NCBI GenBank assembly: GCA_035545015.1
Contig: DASZZD010000016.1
Span: 13,102 to 77,101 of the forward strand
Source of the DNA: Phycisphaerae bacterium
Lineage (GTDB): Bacteria; Planctomycetota; Phycisphaerae; WQYP01
Length of the DNA stretch: 64,000 nt
Reading direction: 5' to 3'
The translations under genes were made by a program, and so were the position numbers. Below, in pieces: positions 9,270 to 18,585 of this stretch (the stretch's first letter is position 1; every line of letters starts with the position of its first letter). The notes under the pieces were generated by a model. It was not told the DNA's origin, ran no database searches, and saw only the letters and a program-made list of their open reading frames with translations.

Positions 9270-10835
9270 TCATTTGTCGGTCCCTCCCGGCGCCGGCAAG
9301 AGCGTCGCGTTCCTCACGTGGATCACGCTCACCTGGGTGCCCGGTGCGATGTCGGTCGTCCCGCGCACGCCGATGTACTTGCCCACCAGCGACCCGATGT
9401 CCACATCCGCCGCCGGATCGACATAGGCGACCACGCGTCCGGTCGACGGATTCACCAGCGCATATTTCCCCTGCACCGCCGTCGAGGTTTGCAGCGTTCC
9501 CTCCGCCAGATACGGCCCGGTCTTTTCGTAATCTTCGATCGCCTTCTCCGCCGTCGCATATTCCTGCTGCAGGGCCGCCCGCTGCTGGTTGAGCGCATCC
9601 TGCGACTGCGTGTTCTCCTTCGCCAGCCGCTCGATGGCCGCCAGTTTCTGGAGGGCGCTCAACCGCGACTCGCTGCCCAGCTTCACCGAGGGCGCCAGAT
9701 CCTTTTCATTCAGCAGGTCCTGGTACGACTTGATCAGCGGATCCAGGTCTCGCTGCGCCGGCGGCTTCTGCAGCTCCGCCTGATACTGCGTGTTCAACTC
9801 GTCATACTTCTTGGCCGCATCCCCGTTGAACGTCACCGCCGGGGGCGGAGGAGCCGCATTCGTCGGTTGCGTTGCCGCCGCCGTCACCCCGTTTCCCACC
9901 TCGGGCCCCCGCGCCTGCCCGCCACCCGTTTCCGTCCCTCCGCCCACCGCCGTACCTCCGCCGCCGGTCATCGCCGTCCCGCCCGTTCCGCCAGTAGCTC
10001 CCGTTCCCCCCGCCGGCTCCGTCGCCGCGCCGCCACCGCCCGCAACCTGCCCGCCATTTCCCGTCCCCGCCCCAGTGCCCGGCGAAATCTCAATCGCCGT
10101 CGCCGGCAAGTTCTCCGGCGCAGTCACCGTATTCTTCGCGGGCCCGCTCACCCCGCCAGGCAACTTCAACTCCGGCACCTTGTATTCCGTCCCCGCAGGC
10201 GCCGCCTGCACAAACTGCGGGCTGATGTACACACGAGCCCCCTCGGGCGGCGCGATCTCGTAATACTTGTCCGTGCTCCCCAGAATCGTCAGCTTCGCCC
10301 CCTTCCGCAGCGTCGTCAGCACCGCCGATGGATCCCGGTTCGGATACAACGCCGTCCCCGCCCGCACATTGACATAATCCGCCTTCAACGTCCCGTTCTG
10401 CCCCGTCGCATCCGCATCCACGTATTCCTTCGCGATCATGCAGAACGTTCCATTGGGCGGCAAAATCTGATACCAGCCCAGCCGCGCCCCCGTCACCTGC
10501 ACCAGGTCCCCCTTCCCGAGTTGCCCCATCTCGTAATAGGCATTTCCCGGCCCCGCCCGCACATACACCTTGTCCCCTGTCACCACCCCCACGAACGGCT
10601 TGGTCTCATCCAGCGCCGCCCCCGCGCCGCCCGCCCCAGCCGCGGCGGCGCCTCCCGCTCCAGGCGCCGGCAGGGCCGCCGGCGCAGCCCCCGGCGTGGC
10701 AGTGGTCCCGCCCGGCGTCGTCGCCTGCGCCCACGCCGCCCCCGCCATGGCAACCGTCCCCGCCACCGCCGCCGCCAACAGCGCATCCCTACCCGCACCA
10801 CGCTTAAAACCACCAAACCGAACCGGCATCGCCAT
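9270..10835 (-). CDS. Secreted SH3b-domain protein
   Basis: Two bacterial SH3 repeats (VYVRAGPG; VNVRAGT), Gly/Thr linker, coiled coil; start uncertain. Confidence 0.8.
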   Translation of the reverse strand: MAMPVRFGGFKRGAGRDALLAAAVAGTVAMAGAAWAQATTPGGTTATPGAAPAALPAPGAGGAAAAGAGGAGAALDETKPFVGVVTGDKVYVRAGPGNAYYEMGQLGKGDLVQVTGARLGWYQILPPNGTFCMIAKEYVDADATGQNGTLKADYVNVRAGTALYPNRDPSAVLTTLRKGAKLTILGSTDKYYEIAPPEGARVYISPQFVQAAPAGTEYKVPELKLPGGVSGPAKNTVTAPENLPATAIEISPGTGAGTGNGGQVAGGGGAATEPAGGTGATGGTGGTAMTGGGGTAVGGGTETGGGQARGPEVGNGVTAAATQPTNAAPPPPAVTFNGDAAKKYDELNTQYQAELQKPPAQRDLDPLIKSYQDLLNEKDLAPSVKLGSESRLSALQKLAAIERLAKENTQSQDALNQQRAALQQEYATAEKAIEDYEKTGPYLAEGTLQTSTAVQGKYALVNPSTGRVVAYVDPAADVDIGSLVGKYIGVRGTTDIAPGTQVSVIHVRNATLLPAPGGTDK

Positions 10836-11038
10836 CTCCTTAAGGCTGCTCATCCCCAGCGTCCAACCAGCGACACTATCATCGGCAAAATGCACCGTCA
10901 ACCCGGAACCGCCGTGGACGGCCTTTGCCGCCCTTGCCCGCTCGAGTTCCCCCGGCCCGCGTGACTTCCCGCAGCCGCTTGCCCGGGGAAGCTCAGCCGC
11001 CGGCCCGAACGCCGGGCTGCCGGACGCGACGGGCGGCC

Positions 11039-14000
11039 TCAGCCCTGGAGTTCCGCGAGGTTTTTCTCGACGGCGCCGAGTTCTTCTTCCTGCCTGGCGA
11101 GTTGATCGCGCAGGCCGCGCAGGACAGCCGCGGGGGCTTTGGCGACGAAAGATTCGTTGCCCAGCTTGTTGCGGTTGCCGGTGATGTGCTTGAGGAGCTG
11201 GTCGCGTAGCTTGGCGAGCTTGGCGGCTTCCGCGGCTTTGTCGATGACGCCGCCGATGAAGATTTGTACGTCCGGCAGGACGCGGGCGGCGGCATCGGGG
11301 GGCTTGGCGGCGTCGAGGGCGTTTTGCGCGATGGGCGAACCGGTGAGGGACTCGATCACGGTGCGCGACTGGTCGATGGCCTGCTGCGTGGCGGCGTTGC
11401 GCGGGGCGAGCACCACCGCTTTGCCCTTGGCGGCGGGATAGCTGTTCTGGATGTCGCGAATCTGGCTGGTGATGGATTGAATGATGGCGATCTGCGCCTC
11501 GGCGGCCGAGTCGGCGGCTCGGGCGTCGGCGATGGGCCAGGCAGCGGTGACCAGCAGCGAGGTGCGGTTGGGCAGCTTGCTCCAGAGTTCCTCGGTGATG
11601 AAGGGCATGACGGGGTGGAGCAGCTTGAGCGACGTTTCCAGGCAGTGCAGCAGGATCGATTGCACCGTGGAATCGCCCGCGCGGATGCGGGCCTTGGCGA
11701 TTTCGAGGTACCAGTCGCAGAGGTCCGTCCAGAAGAAGGCGTAGAGGGCGGTGGCGACTTCCGCAAAGTGGAAGGCGTTGATCGAGGATTCGACGGTGGC
11801 GATGGTGGCGGCGAGACGTGAGAGAATCCAGCGGTCTTCCAGATGCTGAGTGCTCACGACCGAGGACGAAATACCGAGGGAAGGGGTGTCTTCGGCGAGG
11901 TTGGAGAGGATGAAGCGGCTAGCGTTCCAGATTTTGTTGGCGAAGTTGCGGCCGATGTCGAATTTCGGCGAGGTGTTGGCGCCGGTTTTGGCGTCTTTGA
12001 CCACGGGCATGCGGATGTCCTGGGTTTCGGTGGCCATCTGCGCGAGCGTGAAGCGCAGGGCGTCGGCGCCGTGGGAGTTGATGATGTCGACGGGATCGAC
12101 GCCGTTGCCTTTGGATTTGGACATGGTGCGGCCTTCGCCGTCCTGGATGACGGCGTGGACGTAGACGTCGCGGAAGGGGACATCGCCTTTGCAGTAGAGG
12201 CCGAACATGACCATGCGGGCGACCCAGAGGGTGAGGATGTCGCGCGCGGTGGAGAGGAGGGAGGTGGGGTAGAAGGTGTGCAGCAGTTGGTCGTCGGGGC
12301 TGTCGGAGGTGCCGGTGGCGGGCCAGCCCATGGTGGAGATTGGCCAGAGGGCGGAGGAGAACCAGGTGTCGAGGACGTCGGGGTCCTGCTGATAACCAAG
12401 CTTTTCTAGGTCACGCTCCTTATCCGGATTACCGGGTGCAACGGCAGTCCAGAGATACCAATTCCCTGCATCGTCGCGAAGTGCTCGAGTCCACGAGTGC
12501 CACTGATCCGTAGGACTTTTGCTTGTTCCGTAATGCACGTCTCCGCGACGGACTCCTTCCGCTGCTTGCACGCCCCAATTCGGAATATTGGTTTCAATAA
12601 ACCATTTATCGTTCTCTGTGGCAGGGCCATGCCACACGGGGATGCGATGCCCCCACCAGAGTTGGCGGGAGATGCACCAGTCGCGTTTTTGGCCGAGCCA
12701 GTCGAGGTAGCCTTTGGCGTAGCGGTCGGGGGTGATTTTGACACGGCCATCGGTGACGGCGTCCATGGCGGCCTGCGCGAGGCCGGAGGCGCGCTCGCCA
12801 TTGGCGAGGGTAATCCCAACCCCATCAGAGCCGCGACCGTGAGGGAGCGGTTGCAGCGAAGCGGCAAATTGCTCTCGATCGAGGTAAGCGCCGCTGAGAT
12901 TTTCCCCTTGCTTGTGCAGCGTATAATCCGCGGCTCCGGCAATGTCCTCTTCCTTCCAGAGGTAGGGCGTCGACCCGTGACGACTCCAGACCTTTGCATC
13001 CGCGGAGACCAATTCTGCTTCGCGCAAGCGGCGGGTGGCATACGACTTGAAATCGTTCATCATCTTCTCGGGGGAAGCGTCTCCCGAAACCACGGCATGT
13101 ACGTGGGTGGAACGCACATTGACCGCGTGGATCATCCATCCTCGGTGCTTTGCCACTTCTACCATTGTTTGGCAGATGGTTTGGCGTTGTTGTTCGGACA
13201 AGACCACGGGAGCACTTTTGGCGTTGGCCATTTCGCGTGCGAACAGCTCTGGATCGGGTGCGACGAAAGGTGTTCCGTAGTCGTTGTGATCGGCATCGAC
13301 GGAACCTGGTTCTTCGCCGCGGAGCCAGGTCGCGTAGGTGTGGAAGGTCAGGAAATAGGCGAGGGCGTTGGCGGAGGAAGGGTGTGCGCCCGGAGATTGC
13401 TCACGCAAACCGCTTCCTGACGGGCGCGGCTCTGATGGGGACGGCTCCATGATGTCGCCCATGCGGACGAACCATTGGTCGCTCAGGTAGGGTTCAATGG
13501 GCGTTTTGCTGCGGTCGCTGTGGCCGACTTCGTGTTCGTGCGGTTTCACCTCGGCGATGAGGCCGAGGGCTTCGAGGTCGGCGAGCACCGCCTTGCGCGC
13601 GGCGCTGGCGAATTTCAGGCCCGCATAAGAGTATTGCTTGCCCAAAAAGACTCCTGACCCCTTTTCGTTGACTTTGCCGTCGGGGGTGAGCAGGTTGATC
13701 TGTTCGAGGTGGTGGCGGACGCCGGTCGCGTAGTCGTTGGGATCGTGGGCGGGCGTGACTTTCACGACGCCGGTGCCGAAGGAAGGATCGACCAGCAGGC
13801 CGTCGGTGATGATGGGAATTCTGCGGCCCACCAGCGGCACGATCACGTGCTTGCCGTGGAGATGCGTGTAGCGTTCATCGTCGGGATGCACGGCCACGGC
13901 GGTGTCGCCGAGCATGGTCTCGGGGCGGGTGGTGGCGACGATCAGGTATTCGTCCGGCGAACCATCGACGGGATATTTGATCGAGGTCATCTGTCCTTTG

Positions 14001-14599
14001 ACGGTCTCGTGATAAATCTCATCGTCGGCGACGGCGGTTTGCAGGTGCGTGTCCCAGTTGACCAGGCGTTTGCCGCGGAAAATGAGGCCGTCTTTGAACA
14101 TTTTGAAGAAGGCTTCGCGCACGGCGCGGGCGCAGATGTCGTCCAGCGTGAAGCGCGTGCGGTCCCAGTCGCAGGAGGCGCCGATGGACTGAAGCTGCGA
14201 GAGGATGCGCGTGCCGAACTGTTCCTTCCATTCCCAGATGCGACGCACGAGTTCCTCGCGGCCCAGATCGTGGCGCGACTTGTTCTCCTTCTCAAAAATC
14301 GTCTTCTCCACGACCGCCTGCGTGGCGATGCCCGCGTGATCGATCCCCGGCATCCACAGCGTGTTGTCGCCCTTCATCCGGTGATAGCGCGTGAGAATGT
14401 CCTGAATCGTCCCGTTGATCGCATGGCCCAGGTGCAGCGCCCCGGTGACATTCGGCGGCGGAATCACGATCGAAAACGCCTTGCGCGCATCACCCTCTCC
14501 CCCAGCGACCGCATGAAAGACACGCGCCTCCAGCCACCGCTGATAGACGGGCTTTTCCACACTTTTGGGATCGTACTGCGGGGGGAGATCAATCTTCAC
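11039..14599 (-). CDS. valS: Valine--tRNA ligase carrying an in-frame HUH transposase insertion
   Basis: PPPNVTGALHLGH, ATTRPETMLGD, DWCISRQLWWGHRIP, DPDVLDTWFSS, TMSKS, C-terminal coiled coil; GTG start after AGAGGA. Confidence 0.96.
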   Translation of the reverse strand: MKIDLPPQYDPKSVEKPVYQRWLEARVFHAVAGGEGDARKAFSIVIPPPNVTGALHLGHAINGTIQDILTRYHRMKGDNTLWMPGIDHAGIATQAVVEKTIFEKENKSRHDLGREELVRRIWEWKEQFGTRILSQLQSIGASCDWDRTRFTLDDICARAVREAFFKMFKDGLIFRGKRLVNWDTHLQTAVADDEIYHETVKGQMTSIKYPVDGSPDEYLIVATTRPETMLGDTAVAVHPDDERYTHLHGKHVIVPLVGRRIPIITDGLLVDPSFGTGVVKVTPAHDPNDYATGVRHHLEQINLLTPDGKVNEKGSGVFLGKQYSYAGLKFASAARKAVLADLEALGLIAEVKPHEHEVGHSDRSKTPIEPYLSDQWFVRMGDIMEPSPSEPRPSGSGLREQSPGAHPSSANALAYFLTFHTYATWLRGEEPGSVDADHNDYGTPFVAPDPELFAREMANAKSAPVVLSEQQRQTICQTMVEVAKHRGWMIHAVNVRSTHVHAVVSGDASPEKMMNDFKSYATRRLREAELVSADAKVWSRHGSTPYLWKEEDIAGAADYTLHKQGENLSGAYLDREQFAASLQPLPHGRGSDGVGITLANGERASGLAQAAMDAVTDGRVKITPDRYAKGYLDWLGQKRDWCISRQLWWGHRIPVWHGPATENDKWFIETNIPNWGVQAAEGVRRGDVHYGTSKSPTDQWHSWTRALRDDAGNWYLWTAVAPGNPDKERDLEKLGYQQDPDVLDTWFSSALWPISTMGWPATGTSDSPDDQLLHTFYPTSLLSTARDILTLWVARMVMFGLYCKGDVPFRDVYVHAVIQDGEGRTMSKSKGNGVDPVDIINSHGADALRFTLAQMATETQDIRMPVVKDAKTGANTSPKFDIGRNFANKIWNASRFILSNLAEDTPSLGISSSVVSTQHLEDRWILSRLAATIATVESSINAFHFAEVATALYAFFWTDLCDWYLEIAKARIRAGDSTVQSILLHCLETSLKLLHPVMPFITEELWSKLPNRTSLLVTAAWPIADARAADSAAEAQIAIIQSITSQIRDIQNSYPAAKGKAVVLAPRNAATQQAIDQSRTVIESLTGSPIAQNALDAAKPPDAAARVLPDVQIFIGGVIDKAAEAAKLAKLRDQLLKHITGNRNKLGNESFVAKAPAAVLRGLRDQLARQEEELGAVEKNLAELQG
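12820..13440 (-). mobile_element. RAYT/IS200-like Y1 (HUH) transposase flanked by 33-bp inverted repeats, in frame within valS
   Basis: YFLTFHTYATWLRG, STHVH (HUH), FKSYATRRL, VWSRHGS, DY; IRs at 12820-12852 and 13408-13440 match at 30/33. Confidence 0.85.
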
Positions 14600-14618
14600 G
14601 GGGTCCTCTGCCTTATTG

Positions 14619-15110
14619 TTATCGCGGCTTGCACGGAATGATCCCCGGCACCGCATCAAAATCGTCGTCGTTGGTAATGAGATACTGAATCTGTTCCCGC
14701 TGCATCAATGCCACATGCGACGCGTCATCCGTGAGCAGTCGATGCCGGGATGCCACCTGTGCCGTCTTTTCAAGGTCGTTCGCGTCCATTGAAAGGACCG
14801 TGAGCGGCCACCGCCTCAGCGCTTTCGCCGCGGCGTGGTATCCCGAAAGAGTTGGAATAATCTCCGGCCGCCGCTGAACGTACGCCAATGGCTTCATCGT
14901 TTGATAGCGCGTGTGCACTTCCGACAACATCACACGATGCAACGTCTCAGACAGCACTGCCGGGCTGACGAAGCCGGCTACGTCGCCGTTTTCCATCCGC
15001 CTGACAAAAGCTTCGCTTGGCGCAGAGAACGTTGGATTCTGCGTAAAGTTGTAGACCAGGATGTTCGCGTCGACAAAGCACCGCGCGCCCGAAGGCGGTT
15101 CAGGCGTCAT
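14619..15110 (-). CDS. PIN-domain (VapC-like) toxin
   Basis: FVDANILVY, VLSE, LLTDDASHVA, LITNDDDFD acidic PIN motifs. Confidence 0.9.
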   Translation of the reverse strand: MTPEPPSGARCFVDANILVYNFTQNPTFSAPSEAFVRRMENGDVAGFVSPAVLSETLHRVMLSEVHTRYQTMKPLAYVQRRPEIIPTLSGYHAAAKALRRWPLTVLSMDANDLEKTAQVASRHRLLTDDASHVALMQREQIQYLITNDDDFDAVPGIIPCKPR

Positions 15111-15390
15111 CTTCTCCCTCCCCGAATCGGTCATACCCCGGCGACCGCGCGATTTTGTCTCCGATCTCCGGACCGACCGGCAACCTGTGGCGGGCCCACC
15201 AATCGATCAGCGCAGCGCCGTCCTCGGGCATCGGATCGTTCGGATCGTCGAACCGTGGCATCTCGACGGCCGGCCTTTGGGCTTCCGGACTGTCCACCGT
15301 TACCGTCAATTCCAGGTCCGCGGGAAGCTCCAGCTTCTCATGGGGCACCAGTACGCCATTGGCAAAATGTGCTCGAAAACGCCGCGTCAT
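15100..15390 (-). CDS. DUF104/AF2212-like antitoxin
   Basis: RAHFANGVLVPHEKLELP; overlaps PIN gene start. Confidence 0.8.
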   Translation of the reverse strand: MTRRFRAHFANGVLVPHEKLELPADLELTVTVDSPEAQRPAVEMPRFDDPNDPMPEDGAALIDWWARHRLPVGPEIGDKIARSPGYDRFGEGEDDA

Positions 15391-15414
15391 GTGATCCTCC
15401 AGTGGCGTGCCATT

Positions 15415-17124
15415 TTACCGCCCACCTTTTTCCCCCTCGTGCAGCAAATGATACTCCACGCCGTCGACAAGCGCCTGCCAGCTTGCGTCGATGATGTTTT
15501 CGCTGACGCCTACGGTCCCCAGCAGGCCGTGCGCTTCGGGCCCGTTGTCCCCCCCCACCGCGACCGCTCCGTGGGGGCTGCGAAACTCGATCATCACGCG
15601 CACCCGGGCGGCGGTCGCCGCGGTCGAGTTCACCACGCGCACCTTGTAATCGACCAGGCGCAGGGTTTCGAGCGAGGGGTAATGTTTCAGCAGCGCCGCG
15701 CGCAGGGCGTTGTCCAGCGCGTTCACCGGGCCGTCGCCTTCGGCGGAGGCGTTCACTTCCTTGCCGTCGACCTTCAGCGTCAGCGTCGCCTTGGTCACCG
15801 GTCGCCCGCTGCCCGAACGATGCACCGCCACGCGGTAATGATCCAGCTCGAAGAACGCCCGGTGCCGGCCGATCACCTTGCGCACGATCAGCTCAAACGA
15901 CGCCTCGGCCGCCTCGAATTGATAACCTTCCGCTTCCATTCGGGTCACTTCGTCGAGCACTTTTTTCTGCGCCGCACGATCATTTTCGATGCCGAACTTT
16001 TTGCCCGCCTTGGCCGCGATGTTGGATACGCCCGAAAGCTCGCTTACGAGAATGCGGCGCGTGTTGCCCACGCTCTCGGGGGGAACGTGCTCGTAACTGC
16101 GCGCCAGCTTGTTGACCGCGTGCACGTGCATGCCGCCCTTATGGGCGAACGCGCTGGGGCCCACGTAGGGCTGGCCGTTGACCAAGTTCAGGTTGGCGAT
16201 CTCATACACGTAGCGCGAGGCCTCTGTGAGTTGCTGCAGGCCTTGAGCGCCGGGGCGCAGGCATTCGTAGCCGAGCTTCAGTTTCAGATTGGCGATCACC
16301 GTGGTGATGTCGACGTTGCCGCAGCGTTCGCCGATGCCGTTCATCGTGCCCTGCACATGCGTCGCGCCGGCCTGCACGGCCGCGAGCGCGTTGGCCACCG
16401 CCAGGCCACAGTCGTTGTGCGGATGGATCCCAATCGCGCACCGATCTCCCACGCGCTCTTTCGCCGCGCGCACAAGCTCGGTGACGCGTTCCGGCATCGA
16501 TCCGCCATTGGTGTCGCACAGGCACACGATTGCCGCCCCCGCTTTGGCCGCCGCTTCGATGGTCTTGAGGCCATATTCCCGGTTGGCAGCGGTGCCATCG
16601 AAAAAATGCTCCGCATCGTAGATCACCCGCCGCCCCTGCTCGGTAAGCCACGCGACCGAGTCGCTGATCATCGCCAGGTTTTCGTCCAGCGACACGCCCA
16701 GCACTTCCGTCGCATGCAGGTCCGAGGTCTTGCCGACCACGGTAACGCAGCGCGTGCCGGCGTCTTTGAGGGCGTTCATGCCGACATCGTCCCGGGGATG
16801 CACGCCTTTGCGGCGCGTCATGCCGAAGGCGACAAGCTGCGCGTGATGCAGCTCCAGCGAGCGCGCTTCCTGAAAAAATGTCGCGTCCTTCGGATTGGAA
16901 AGCGGGTAGCCGCCCTCGACGTAATCCACGCCGAGTTCATCGAGCCGGCGGGCAATCAGCAGCTTGTCCTGCACCGACAGCGAAACGCCTTCCCCCTGCG
17001 TGCCATCGCGCAGCGTGGTGTCATAAATCTCCACGCGCGCCTTGCCCGCGGTCCCCTCGCTTCCGGTTTTCCGACGGTCCCCCGCCCCCCGGGTCCCCAT
17101 CGCATCATCCGATGAACTTGCCAT
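15415..17124 (-). CDS. cimA: Citramalate synthase
   Basis: YDTTLRDGTQGEG, YDAEHFFDG, HPHNDCG, GERCGN, AFAHKGGMH, LeuA-type regulatory domain. Confidence 0.92.
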   Translation of the reverse strand: MASSSDDAMGTRGAGDRRKTGSEGTAGKARVEIYDTTLRDGTQGEGVSLSVQDKLLIARRLDELGVDYVEGGYPLSNPKDATFFQEARSLELHHAQLVAFGMTRRKGVHPRDDVGMNALKDAGTRCVTVVGKTSDLHATEVLGVSLDENLAMISDSVAWLTEQGRRVIYDAEHFFDGTAANREYGLKTIEAAAKAGAAIVCLCDTNGGSMPERVTELVRAAKERVGDRCAIGIHPHNDCGLAVANALAAVQAGATHVQGTMNGIGERCGNVDITTVIANLKLKLGYECLRPGAQGLQQLTEASRYVYEIANLNLVNGQPYVGPSAFAHKGGMHVHAVNKLARSYEHVPPESVGNTRRILVSELSGVSNIAAKAGKKFGIENDRAAQKKVLDEVTRMEAEGYQFEAAEASFELIVRKVIGRHRAFFELDHYRVAVHRSGSGRPVTKATLTLKVDGKEVNASAEGDGPVNALDNALRAALLKHYPSLETLRLVDYKVRVVNSTAATAARVRVMIEFRSPHGAVAVGGDNGPEAHGLLGTVGVSENIIDASWQALVDGVEYHLLHEGEKGGR

Positions 17125-17135
17125 ACATGTCCTTC

Positions 17136-17165
17136 AATAAAAACGCCCTGCGCGGGGCAGGGCGT
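17136..17165 (-). terminator. Intrinsic terminator (attenuator) just upstream of cimA RBS
   Basis: Minus strand ACGCCCTG-ccccgcg-CAGGGCGT then TTTTATT, followed by GAAGGA RBS. Confidence 0.75.
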
Positions 17166-17191
17166 CCAGCGATCAATGCGTGTGGCAAACC

Positions 17192-17347
17192 CTACCCGTT
17201 TCCCGAAAAAACGCGGACCCCGCCAATAACGGCGCGGACAGAAAACCCGCCGAGCACCCTCGTCAGGATTCCGCCAACCCCGCGCGCGGCCGCATCACCC
17301 CTCACGGGATGGCCGCACGCCAGGATTCTTGGAACATCTGTCCGCAC
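17192..17347 (-). promoter_or_regulatory. Putative Ile/Leu/Val-rich leader peptide (51 aa) of cimA attenuator
   Basis: GAGG-n5-GTG start; ...VGGILTRVLGGFSVRAVIGGVRVFSGNG*; stop lies within GGGTAGGG, complementary to the terminator 5' arm. Confidence 0.6.
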
Positions 17348-17439
17348 GTAAACCTCGCCTTCAAGACACGCCATTATCCGTATTTCCCCGGCCCCGGTCA
17401 AACCCGCATTATTCTGCGAGCAGCCCGTCCGCCCGTCCA

Positions 17440-18432
17440 CTACGCCGGCCCCACCCCGTGCGTGCGCATCTGGATCGCGTAAATCGACTTGCTCACGGCC
17501 ATGAAAAGCGTGTGTCCGTCCTTCCCGCCGAAGCACGTGTTGCCGACCCAGCTATCGGCATCAATATGATCCAGCCGCTTGCCTTCTTTGCTGTAGATCG
17601 TCACGCCGCGGTTGCTGACGTAGACGTTGCCGTCCGAATCGATGGTCATGCCGTCCGATCCCGCATTGCAGAATGGCTTTTTGTCCGTCAGCGTCCCGTC
17701 CGGCTGGATCGTGTAGGACCACGTCTTGTTCGCCCCGATGTCCGAGACGTACAGCGTCTTGCCGTCCGGCGTCCCGATGATGCCGTTGGGCTTCCTGAAA
17801 TCCGTCACCACCGGCTTGAGCGTTTTGGCCGCCACGTCGAGATAGTACACATACTCCCCCGGCAACTGCGAGGTCGATTCGCGCAGGCCCTTCCACCAGT
17901 CGCGCTTGTACAGCGGATCCGTCAGATACATGTTCCCGTCCGGCCGAATCCATACATCGTTGGGGCCGTTGAGCAGCTTCCCCTGATAATCCTTCACCAG
18001 CACCGTCACCTTCTTATCCGGGGCGATCGACCACAATTCATTTTTCTCATCCGCGCAGGCGATCAGATTCCCCGCCGGGTCAAAGCTCATCCCGTTGGCG
18101 TAGTTGCTGGGATGCATGAACGTCGAGAGTTTCCCGCCGCTGTAATCCCCCTGGCGCTCTTTGCCGTCGAACGTCCACTTCAAGATGCTGTTGTTGGGCT
18201 GATCGATGAAGTAGACATCGCCGTTTTTGTCTGAGGTGCAGCCCTCGGTAAAGGCAAAATCGCCCGCCAGTTTGACCGCCTTGGCGCCCGGCGCTATCGG
18301 ACTCTCCGCCGGGCGCGCCGCCTCCGCATTGCCCATCGCCGCACTCCTTGAAGCCCCGCCGCCCGCCGCTCCCGCCGCCGCAAGCGCCGCCACAACCACC
18401 GCGCCCAGCGCCGCACCGTGCCAAATCCGCAT
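17440..18432 (-). CDS. SMP-30/gluconolactonase family protein
   Basis: FTEG, NGPNDV, FTDP-like LTDP, PNGI, SDGMTIDSDGNVYV; signal peptide. Confidence 0.92.
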   Translation of the reverse strand: MRIWHGAALGAVVVAALAAAGAAGGGASRSAAMGNAEAARPAESPIAPGAKAVKLAGDFAFTEGCTSDKNGDVYFIDQPNNSILKWTFDGKERQGDYSGGKLSTFMHPSNYANGMSFDPAGNLIACADEKNELWSIAPDKKVTVLVKDYQGKLLNGPNDVWIRPDGNMYLTDPLYKRDWWKGLRESTSQLPGEYVYYLDVAAKTLKPVVTDFRKPNGIIGTPDGKTLYVSDIGANKTWSYTIQPDGTLTDKKPFCNAGSDGMTIDSDGNVYVSNRGVTIYSKEGKRLDHIDADSWVGNTCFGGKDGHTLFMAVSKSIYAIQMRTHGVGPA

Positions 18433-18585
18433 AAAATGCCTCCATCGGCCTTGCCGCAGGCACTGATCCTACCCGCCGCGCCCGACTTCCCGCCAGTGAC
18501 CCCCGCCGCGCCGCCACCCTCCGCCCCCGCCGACCCTCGCCCAGCCCAGCGGCAGGGTGCGGCTTTTGCATGTACAATGCACCCC

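Noticed and set aside
12110-12130. KMSKS reads TMSKS in ValRS
   Set aside because: The first position of the motif is variable and the catalytic second Lys is intact; not evidence of inactivation
12820-13440. Intein or group I/II intron in valS
   Set aside because: No Cys/Ser...His-Asn splice termini, no LAGLIDADG or RT motifs; HUH motif and terminal IRs fit a Y1 transposase
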